From Candidatus Methylomirabilis limnetica (GTDB lineage Bacteria; Methylomirabilota; Methylomirabilia; Methylomirabilales; Methylomirabilaceae), in the NCBI RefSeq assembly GCF_003044035.1, contig NZ_NVQC01000031.1:1-18958 (forward strand): 18,958 nucleotides of DNA, in the 5' to 3' direction. The notes under the pieces are model-generated. The model saw nothing but the letters and a program-made list of their open reading frames with translations. It ran no database searches and had not been told where the DNA came from. The position numbers and the translations under genes were made by a program. Shown here piece after piece: positions 6,974 to 13,764 of this stretch; within the stretch, counting starts at the first letter, position 1; every line of letters begins with the position of its first letter.

Positions 6974-8883
6974 GATGCCACCTCTGCGTGCGTGGCGAAC
7001 TCAGCACGCTCATGGACACCCAGGAGATCTTCCGCCTTGGCCATGATCTCAGAGACCTTGAATGGCCTGCCCTGAACCTTGCAGAGCCCCACCGCGTCAA
7101 CCAGGAACTGTGCCCGCAGCATCATTAGTAACTGCCCGAGGTTCATCTCCGGCACCAGTACGCGTCGAAAGCTAGCCAGTACCTGGCCTACGTTTGCAGG
7201 CATCGGGTTCAGGTAGCGCAGGTGCATCGATGAGACGCGGTGCCCCTGCTGGCGGAGGAGTTTGACCGCATGCGTGATCGCCCCGTAGGTTGACCCCCAC
7301 CCCACGATAAGCAGGTCGCCTGAGGGATCGCCGTAGACCTGTGCCTCCGGGATCTCGTGGACGATACGTGCGATCTTCTCGGCCCGTAGCCGAACCATCT
7401 GCTCGTGGTTGAGCGGATCATACGAGACATGGCCGGTGATATCTTCTTTCTCAAGACCGCCGATGCGGTGCTCCAGGCCCGGCGCCCCGGGAATCACCCA
7501 TGGGCGCGCCAGTGTCTCGGGGTCGCGTAGATAGGGGTAGAAGCCCTGCGGATCGGTCCTGAACGTAACCGGAATCTTCGGCAGGGAAGCGACCTCGGGA
7601 AGTTTCCAGGGCTCGGCGCCGTTAGCCAGGTAGCCGTCCGAGAGGTAGATCACCGGACACATATAGCGTATGGCGATCCGTACGGCTTCAATGGCCATCC
7701 AGAAGCAGTCGCCAGGTGTCGCCGGAGCAACCACCGCCACCGGACACTCGCTGTTCCGTCCGAACATCGACTGCAAGAGATCGGCCTGCTCGGTCTTGGT
7801 CGGAAGGCCCGTGGACGGTCCGCCGCGCTGCACGTTCACGATGACCAGGGGGAGCTCAGTCATCACCGCCAGGCCGATCGCTTCGCCCTTGAGCGCCAGG
7901 CCCGGACCAGAGGTTCCGGTGGTCCCGATAGCGCCCGCATACGACGCCCCAATTGCGGCTGTGACAGCCGCTATCTCGTCCTCGGCCTGAAATGTGATCA
8001 CGTTGTAGTGCCGGTACATGCAGAGTGTGTGCAGGATATCGGAGGCGGGTGTAATGGGGTAGCTGCCGTAAAAGAGCTGCAGTGATGCGAGTTGCGCGGC
8101 GGTGACGAGACCGATCGCGGTGGCCTCGTTCCCGGTGATGTGACGGTATGTGCCGGGTACGATTGGGGCCGGTGGCACGAAGTAGCGTGATGGAAAGATC
8201 TCAGTGGTTTCGCCATAGTTGTAGCCGGCCCGAAACGACGCGACGTTAGCCTCGGCAAGCTTCGGGTTCTTCTGGAACTTGGCCCGGATGCTCTTTTCTT
8301 CGCGCTCTGTGGGGTGGGTGTACAGCCAGAACATGAGACCGAGCGCGTAGAAGTTCTTACAGCGTCCAACCTCCTTGGCCGTCAACCCCATCCCCTCCAG
8401 GGCGAGCGATGTCTGCTTCGAGATATCGATTGCATAGACCTGATATTTGGAAAGGCTACCGTCTTCGATCGGGTTCGAGGCGTAGCCGGCCTTCTCGATG
8501 TTGGCTCGGGTGAACGTGCCGGCATTCAGAATGAGGATGCCGCTAGATGGGAGATCCGGCAGGTTGATGCGCAGTGCGGCCGGGTTCATCGCCACCAGAA
8601 CGTCCGGCTGATCGCCCGGCGTAAATACCTTCTGACTCGAGAAGTGAATCTGGTAGGCCGACACGCCTGCCAGCGTTCCAGCCGGCGCCCGAATCTCACC
8701 CGGGAAGTCCGGAAAGGTCGCCAGGTCACTCCCTTCATGCGCAACGCTCTTGGTGAATTCTGTTCCGGTAAGCTGCATGCCATCGCCTGAATCGCCGGCA
8801 AAGCGGACGACGACGGTCTCTAACTCGCTTATCGGTCGGCGCGGTACCACAGGCGTAGACGGTGTACTCTCGCTGTCAGTCAT
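6970..8883 (-). CDS. korA: 2-oxoglutarate/2-oxoacid:ferredoxin oxidoreductase, alpha subunit (fused gamma+alpha domains)
   Basis: 637 aa with an N-terminal GDSGDGMQ gamma-domain motif and central YPITPASD and GTSGPGL motifs, typical of two-subunit KorAB enzymes. Confidence 0.9.
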   Translation of the reverse strand: MTDSESTPSTPVVPRRPISELETVVVRFAGDSGDGMQLTGTEFTKSVAHEGSDLATFPDFPGEIRAPAGTLAGVSAYQIHFSSQKVFTPGDQPDVLVAMNPAALRINLPDLPSSGILILNAGTFTRANIEKAGYASNPIEDGSLSKYQVYAIDISKQTSLALEGMGLTAKEVGRCKNFYALGLMFWLYTHPTEREEKSIRAKFQKNPKLAEANVASFRAGYNYGETTEIFPSRYFVPPAPIVPGTYRHITGNEATAIGLVTAAQLASLQLFYGSYPITPASDILHTLCMYRHYNVITFQAEDEIAAVTAAIGASYAGAIGTTGTSGPGLALKGEAIGLAVMTELPLVIVNVQRGGPSTGLPTKTEQADLLQSMFGRNSECPVAVVAPATPGDCFWMAIEAVRIAIRYMCPVIYLSDGYLANGAEPWKLPEVASLPKIPVTFRTDPQGFYPYLRDPETLARPWVIPGAPGLEHRIGGLEKEDITGHVSYDPLNHEQMVRLRAEKIARIVHEIPEAQVYGDPSGDLLIVGWGSTYGAITHAVKLLRQQGHRVSSMHLRYLNPMPANVGQVLASFRRVLVPEMNLGQLLMMLRAQFLVDAVGLCKVQGRPFKVSEIMAKAEDLLGVHERAEFATHAEVAS

Positions 8884-8910
8884 CTAGGTCCTTTCGTTCT
8901 CGTTGAGGGG

Positions 8911-9044
8911 CGATACCCCGCGGCTTGCCGCGAGTTCGTCATACCGGCGGAAGCCGGTATCCAGAGGGCCCGACTGGATTCCGTGTCAAGCACGGAATGA
9001 CGGGCCAGAACAGAAGACGATACCCCGCAGCTTGCCGCGGGGTA
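8911..9044. repeat. Compound REP-like intergenic element: 22-nt direct repeats flanking two 8-bp stem-loops, plus a third hairpin
   Basis: CGATACCCCGCGGCTTGCCGCG (8911-8932) and CGATACCCCGCAGCTTGCCGCG (9018-9039) match at 21/22 positions. Hairpins: ATACCGGC-ggaa-GCCGGTAT (8941-8960), ATTCCGTG-tcaag-CACGGAAT (8978-8998), TACCCCGC-agcttgcc-GCGGGGTA (9021-9044). Confidence 0.7.
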
Positions 9045-9073
9045 ATTCATTCTCGTGAGTGGCCAGCCGTCCA

Positions 9074-9583
9074 CTAACCACCATGGAGCTCTCGCGCCGA
9101 GAGGCCGGGCTCAGGCGGTTCATTGAGCACTACGGTGGGAAACAGGGAGACGATGAACTTGACAACGTTCCGCATCGACACAATGCCCACCGGTCTGCCC
9201 TGCCCGTCGAGCACCGGAATATGACGGTAGCCGCCAGTGTGCATCTTGTTGAGGACATGGGCGATGCTATCGTCCATGACTACGGTCTCAGGATTATGGG
9301 TCATAGTCCTCTCGACAGGACTATCCAGGTCGAGATGTCCCGCTACCTTCTTCAGGATGTCCCGCTCCGTGAGGATTCCGACAAGCCGGTCGCCTTCCGT
9401 CACCAGTACGCAGCCGACATGGGCGTCGTTCATCGCCGTGGTCGCGTCCCGCAATGGGGTACCTACACGAACACAGATCGGATCACGCGGCCCCAGCTCT
9501 CGAATGGGCACCATCAGGATCGCACCATCTGCTCTCTCGGTGTCCTCGTACGCGTCCTCAAACTCGCTTGCTGCAATGCCCAT
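9074..9583 (-). CDS. CBS-pair domain protein
   Basis: Two CBS motifs (VGCVLVTEGDRLVGILTERDILKKV and YRHIPVLDGQGRPVGIVSMRNVVKFI). AGGAGG precedes the ATG. Confidence 0.85.
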   Translation of the reverse strand: MGIAASEFEDAYEDTERADGAILMVPIRELGPRDPICVRVGTPLRDATTAMNDAHVGCVLVTEGDRLVGILTERDILKKVAGHLDLDSPVERTMTHNPETVVMDDSIAHVLNKMHTGGYRHIPVLDGQGRPVGIVSMRNVVKFIVSLFPTVVLNEPPEPGLSARELHGG

Positions 9584-9667
9584 GATGGTCAGCCTCCTGA
9601 TCTTGATGCCAGAGTGCGCTAAACCGCTAAGTATTTCAGCTTTCCACCTCGCCTCCTTATCGATCTA

Positions 9668-9696
9668 ACGATAGCCGTAGTGTGACGCGAAGTCAA
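9668..9696 (-). promoter_or_regulatory. Candidate promoter for the CBS-korAB transcript
   Basis: On the minus strand: TTGACT, a 17-nt spacer, then TATCGT. Confidence 0.3.
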
Positions 9697-9750
9697 GGTG
9701 AAAGCAGGGGGGGAGGGCATGCGCGACGTGTAGAATAGGCTACTTTGCAG

Positions 9751-9779
9751 TTGACAGTCTCTGGGAGCTCTACTATATT
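9751..9779 (+). promoter_or_regulatory. Near-consensus sigma70-type promoter for the nuoG-like operon
   Basis: TTGACA (9751-9756), a 17-nt spacer, then TATATT (9774-9779). Same hexamers as the promoter at 4321. Confidence 0.45.
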
Positions 9780-9792
9780 TAGCTAGAAAATA

Positions 9793-9877
9793 GCATTCAG
9801 CATTCAGCCTTCAGCTATCAGCCTCCGATAGGGCAGAGGGGTGTATCACAAAGAGCCGGCCGCTGAGGGCTGATCGT
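9793..9877. repeat. Inverted arrays of 7-nt-periodic repeats in the predicted 5' leader of the nuoG-like gene
   Basis: GCATTCA GCATTCA GCCTTCA GCTATCA (9793-9820), a 43-nt spacer, then TGAGGGC TGATCGT (9864-9877), which is the reverse-complement orientation of the same unit. Confidence 0.65.
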
Positions 9878-9933
9878 TTGCTCAGGTTGTATTATCGTGG
9901 GCCGTGGTGAGGCCTGGCCTCAGAGGGTGTGAC

Positions 9934-11568
9934 TTGGTTGAGCTGATCGTTGATGGTATGCCGATGCAGGTTCCCGCCGGGACGTCAATTCTCGAAGCGG
10001 TTCTGCGGACCGGTGGCGAGATACCGCATTTTTGCTATCACCCAAAACTCCGCGTGGTGGGCAGTTGTCGGATGTGTCAGGTGGAGGTGCAGGGAGCCCC
10101 AAAGCTGGTGATCTCATGTGCCACCCCCGTTGCGGATGGGATGGAGGTGTTCACGGCCTCTGAACGCGTGAAAAAGGCCAGGAATGCGGTGCTGGAGTTT
10201 CTGCTGCTGAACCACCCACTCGATTGTCCCGTCTGCGATAAGGGTGGAGAGTGTCCGCTTCAGAATTACACGCTCAAGTTCGGCCCAGGCGAAAGCCGCT
10301 TTATCGAACCGAAGATCCATCGCATTAAGCACCAGCCGATCGGCCAGTTCATCATCTTCGACGCGGAGCGGTGCATTTTGTGTACACGCTGTGTCCGATT
10401 TTGTCAGGATGTGACGGGTACTGCAGAACTGGGCGTGTTCGGCCGAGGCGACCGATCCGAGATCGGCCTCTTCCCTGGTCAGAGCCTGGATAACAGATAC
10501 TCGGGGAACGTGATCGACCTCTGTCCGGTAGGGGCACTGACAAGCAGGGACTATCGATTTGCCGCGAGGCCATGGGATCTGGTCAAACAGGTTCCGTCGA
10601 TATGTGGGCTGTGCAGCGCCGGGTGCAACATGACGGTGGATGTTCGGCATAAGGAGCAGGGCCAGCAGATTCTCCGCATCCGCCCCAGAGTGAACAATGA
10701 GGTCAATGGACACTGGATCTGTGACGAGGGCCGCTTCGGGTTTCATTTTGCTGAGGACCCAGGACGGATCGGTCAGCCATTGATACAGCGAGATGGTGAG
10801 TTGCAGCCGGTGAGCTGGAACGAGGCGATCGGCCGCATTGCCGACGACATCGCCCGAATCCTCCGGGAGAAGGGAGCCGAGGCCATCGGTGTGATCGCAT
10901 CGGCACGGCTGACCAACGAGGAGGCATTCCTCATTCGACACCTGTTTGGAGAAAGGCTCGGCATTTCAAACATAGATCACCGGGTGAGGCGATCTCAGGA
11001 TACTGGGGGCGATGCGCCGGAAGATCACCTGCTTCGGCGGACCGATAAGTACCCTAACTCAGTCGGGATGCGCACGCTGGGACTTCTCCCAAGGGCCCAG
11101 GGGATGGGGACCAGAGAGATGCTCCACGCCGCAAGCGAAGGTCGGTTGGCTGCCTTGCTCGTCTTTGGGGAGGATCTGGTGACTGCACTGTCAGGAGAAC
11201 TTGCCGTTGCAGAGTCGCTTGAGAAGCTAGAGCTGCTGGTCGCTCACGATTTATTCTTGACAGCGACGGCAAAGCTGGCGCATGTTGTCCTTCCAGGATT
11301 AAGCTTTTACGAAAAAGAGGGAACGTTCACAAATTTCGCGGGAAGGGTTCAGCGCCTCCAGCCTGCGCTGGAACCATTAGGTCGCGCGATTTCGCTTGCC
11401 GAGATCCTTCAGCGTCTCGCACGCCAACTGGAACTTCCCCTTGTGGAAGGGAACGCGGAAGCGGTGTGGAATGCTCTCGCCCAATCAGTTTCGGCATATG
11501 CAGGCGTGACGTACGAGAGCATCAGTGAGTTGGGAACGCCATTGGCGGATACGCCGGTGGCAAGATAA
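9934..11568 (+). CDS. nuoG: NADH-quinone oxidoreductase subunit G-like Fe-S protein (short form)
   Basis: 2Fe-2S motif (FCYHPKLRVVGSCRMCQVEV...SCAT). HPLDCPVCDKGGEC matches N5, CILCTRCVRFC...CPVGA matches N4, and CGLCSAGC...WICDEGR matches N7. A truncated molybdopterin-oxidoreductase-like domain follows. The start is uncertain. TTG 9934 gives (M)VELIVDGMPMQVPAGTSILEA, like other NuoG N-termini. GTG 9904 and ATG 9958 are alternatives. Confidence 0.85.
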   Translation: MVELIVDGMPMQVPAGTSILEAVLRTGGEIPHFCYHPKLRVVGSCRMCQVEVQGAPKLVISCATPVADGMEVFTASERVKKARNAVLEFLLLNHPLDCPVCDKGGECPLQNYTLKFGPGESRFIEPKIHRIKHQPIGQFIIFDAERCILCTRCVRFCQDVTGTAELGVFGRGDRSEIGLFPGQSLDNRYSGNVIDLCPVGALTSRDYRFAARPWDLVKQVPSICGLCSAGCNMTVDVRHKEQGQQILRIRPRVNNEVNGHWICDEGRFGFHFAEDPGRIGQPLIQRDGELQPVSWNEAIGRIADDIARILREKGAEAIGVIASARLTNEEAFLIRHLFGERLGISNIDHRVRRSQDTGGDAPEDHLLRRTDKYPNSVGMRTLGLLPRAQGMGTREMLHAASEGRLAALLVFGEDLVTALSGELAVAESLEKLELLVAHDLFLTATAKLAHVVLPGLSFYEKEGTFTNFAGRVQRLQPALEPLGRAISLAEILQRLARQLELPLVEGNAEAVWNALAQSVSAYAGVTYESISELGTPLADTPVAR

Positions 11569-11581
11569 CAGCAATACCGAA

Positions 11582-11661
11582 GCTATCAGCCCTCAGCGCT
11601 CAGCGAAAGCACGGGCGGAAGAAAAACAGAATCCGGTTGCTGAATGCTGACGGCTGAATGC
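11582..11661. repeat. Intercistronic inverted arrays of 7-nt-periodic repeats between nuoG-like and nuoB
   Basis: GCTATCA GCCCTCA GCGCTCA (11582-11602), a 38-nt spacer, then TGAATGC TGACGGC TGAATGC (11641-11661). The arms are complementary at 16/21 positions. Confidence 0.65.
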
Positions 11662-11684
11662 TTACATTTGCAAGGAGACTTCTG

Positions 11685-12212
11685 ATGGGATTGTTCGACA
11701 ACACACAAATGAATCCGGGCGTCGTCACGACGACGGTCGAGTGGCTTTTCAACTGGGCCCGTAAGTCTTCCCCGTGGCCGATGACCTTTGGTCTGGCCTG
11801 TTGCGCGATCGAGATGATGGCCGCCGGCGCTTCCCGTTACGATCTTGACCGGTTTGGGGCCGGTGTCTTTCGCCCATCCCCCCGCCAGTCCGACGTCATG
11901 ATCGTTGCCGGGACCGTTACCGAGAAGATGGCTCCTCGCATCAAGACCCTTTACGAGCAGATGCCTGACCCCAAGTGGGTGATTGCCATGGGCGCCTGCG
12001 CCATCTCCGGTGGCCCATTCTACTACGACACCTACCACGTCGTGAAGGGGGTGGACCTGCTTGTCCCGGTCGATGTCTACGTTCCCGGCTGCCCGCCCAC
12101 CCCTGAGGCGCTCATCTTCGGTATCCTCACCCTCCAGGATCAGATCACCCGCGGCGCGCGCGGCAAACCAGGCGGCCGGCCGACCCTGCCCACGCCCCTG
12201 GTGGCGGCCTAA
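11685..12212 (+). CDS. nuoB: NADH-quinone oxidoreductase subunit B (N2 cluster subunit)
   Basis: AGGAG precedes ATG 11685. Motifs: GLACCAIEM (tandem Cys), GACAISGGP and PGCPPTPEA. Confidence 0.9.
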   Translation: MGLFDNTQMNPGVVTTTVEWLFNWARKSSPWPMTFGLACCAIEMMAAGASRYDLDRFGAGVFRPSPRQSDVMIVAGTVTEKMAPRIKTLYEQMPDPKWVIAMGACAISGGPFYYDTYHVVKGVDLLVPVDVYVPGCPPTPEALIFGILTLQDQITRGARGKPGGRPTLPTPLVAA

Positions 12213-12222
12213 GGGGGGCACC

Positions 12223-12759
12223 ATGGGACGCTACTTCTCAGACCTGTTCGGCGGCAGCGCGAGCATTCTTCGCTCCATGTGGGTGACGCTCCGCTACCTC
12301 TTTACCCGTGCTATCACCGTCCAGTATCCCGATGAGCAGCGGCCGCAACCGTTGCGCGCGCTGAACCGCCACGTACTGACCATCGAGGAATCTACCGGAC
12401 AGCTCAAGTGTACCGCCTGCGAGGCCTGCGCCAAAATCTGCCCCACCCGCTGTATCGAGCTCACCGGTACCGGCAAGGGGAAGAACCGTCACCCGTCAGC
12501 GTTTGCCATCGATCACAACCTCTGCATGTACTGTAACCTCTGCGTCGAGGTGTGCCCCTTCGACGCTATTACGATGTGGACGCGGATCGGCGAACTCAGC
12601 TCAGCCGATCGCAGTAGCTTGGTCTACGATTTACGGACCCTGACCGCCGACCGCTACTTCCCCTCTCCGACGACCCCCGAAAGGCCGTCAGTTCCCGAAA
12701 AACCACCGGTTCCCGAGCCCGAGAAGGTGGAGGTAGGGGCTACGGCACCCTCTGCCTGA
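12223..12759 (+). CDS. nuoI: NADH-quinone oxidoreductase subunit I (2x[4Fe-4S]) with a Pro/Glu-rich C-terminal tail
   Basis: VTLRYLF...VQYPDE N-terminus. Two ferredoxin motifs, CTACEACAKICP and CMYCNLCVEVCP. GGGGGG lies 4 nt before ATG 12223. The track ORF from 12061 is an upstream extension overlapping nuoB. Confidence 0.9.
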   Translation: MGRYFSDLFGGSASILRSMWVTLRYLFTRAITVQYPDEQRPQPLRALNRHVLTIEESTGQLKCTACEACAKICPTRCIELTGTGKGKNRHPSAFAIDHNLCMYCNLCVEVCPFDAITMWTRIGELSSADRSSLVYDLRTLTADRYFPSPTTPERPSVPEKPPVPEPEKVEVGATAPSA

Positions 12760-12760
12760 G

Positions 12761-13693
12761 ATGAGTGATCCAGTGGAAGATGTAATCATCCTTGGCTCAG
12801 GTCCGGCAGGCCTGACTTCGTCCCTGTACACCGCCAGAGCCAATCTACGTCCCCTCCTGATCGAAGGAACCGAGGCCGGTGGGCAGTTGGTCCTGACGAC
12901 GCTGGTAGAGAACTATCCGGGATTCCCGGATGGGCTCCTGGGACCTGACCTGATTCGTTCGATGCGACAGCAGACGGAGCGGTTTGGCACGAGGTTCTTG
13001 AGCGGGGATGTTACGGCCGTGGATCTGAGCAGAAGGCCGTTTACCATCACCGTAGAAAATGAAGCGCGTCAGACCAATGCGCTGATCATCGCGACTGGCG
13101 CTTCGGCGAATCTGATCGGGCTCGAATCTGAACGCAAGCTGCTGGGGCATGGGGTCTCGACCTGCGCCACGTGCGATGGTTTCTTTTTTAGAGATCAGCA
13201 CGTGGCTATCGTGGGCGGGGGCGACTCGGCTGTTGAGGAGGCGATCTTCCTCGCGAAGTTCGCGACGAAGGTCACGCTGATTCATCGGCGCGATAAGCTT
13301 CGAGCGTCGAAGATCATGCAAGAACGGGCCTTCAAGAATCCGAAGATCGAGTTCTTGTGGAATCGAACGATTGTAGAGATTCTTGACGTGTCACAAGGAA
13401 AGGTAACCGGGATCACAACCAGGGTCGATGGTTTGACATTGCTGGAGACGCTCAACTGCGATGGGGTGTTCGTTGCGATCGGGCATTCCCCTAATACCGC
13501 GCTGTTCTCGGGGCAGTTAGAGATGGATGAGCGAGGTTATATTGTGACGCATCACGGGACGATGACCAGCATCCCCGGTGTTTTTGCTGCCGGCGATGTG
13601 CAGGACCATGTCTACAAGCAGGCCATCACCGCCGCCGGATCGGGGTGCATGGCCGCCCTCGATGCCGAGCGCTACCTGGAGAACTTGGGGTGA
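12761..13693 (+). CDS. trxB: Thioredoxin-disulfide reductase (low-Mr NTR)
   Basis: GSGPAG FAD motif, redox-active CATCDG, GGGDSAVEEA and the HRRDKLRA NADPH-binding motifs, and C-terminal GDV.D..YKQAITAAGSG. The ATG begins 1 nt after the nuoI stop, with no Shine-Dalgarno sequence. Confidence 0.9.
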   Translation: MSDPVEDVIILGSGPAGLTSSLYTARANLRPLLIEGTEAGGQLVLTTLVENYPGFPDGLLGPDLIRSMRQQTERFGTRFLSGDVTAVDLSRRPFTITVENEARQTNALIIATGASANLIGLESERKLLGHGVSTCATCDGFFFRDQHVAIVGGGDSAVEEAIFLAKFATKVTLIHRRDKLRASKIMQERAFKNPKIEFLWNRTIVEILDVSQGKVTGITTRVDGLTLLETLNCDGVFVAIGHSPNTALFSGQLEMDERGYIVTHHGTMTSIPGVFAAGDVQDHVYKQAITAAGSGCMAALDAERYLENLG

Positions 13694-13726
13694 CGAAACG
13701 TTCGGGGTGCGAGGCGCCAAGTGCAA

Positions 13727-13762
13727 CGACGCGATAGACGCAACAGACGCGATAGACGCAAA
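13727..13762 (+). repeat. Four GACGC pentamers at exact 9-nt spacing (equivalently a 16-nt direct repeat x2) immediately upstream of moeA
   Basis: GACGCGATAGACGCAA occurs at 13728-13743 and again at 13746-13761. GACGC occurs at 13728, 13737, 13746 and 13755. Confidence 0.6.
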
Positions 13763-13764
13763 TC

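Noticed and set aside
8880-9074. 64-aa minus-strand ORF between korA and the CBS gene
   Set aside because: It lies entirely within the hairpin and direct-repeat element, so the translation is a repeat artefact.
10114-10941. 275-aa minus-strand ORF, plus other antisense ORFs at 11586..12224, 12845..13321, 13626..14015 and 14194..14658
   Set aside because: Each is antisense to a + strand gene with clear family motifs (nuoG-like, nuoB, trxB, moeA). Long antisense ORFs are expected at this GC content.
12061-12222. Upstream extension of the nuoI ORF
   Set aside because: It overlaps the nuoB 3' end in another frame with an Arg/Ser/Pro-rich translation. ATG 12223 has a G-rich ribosome-binding site and yields a canonical NuoI N-terminus.
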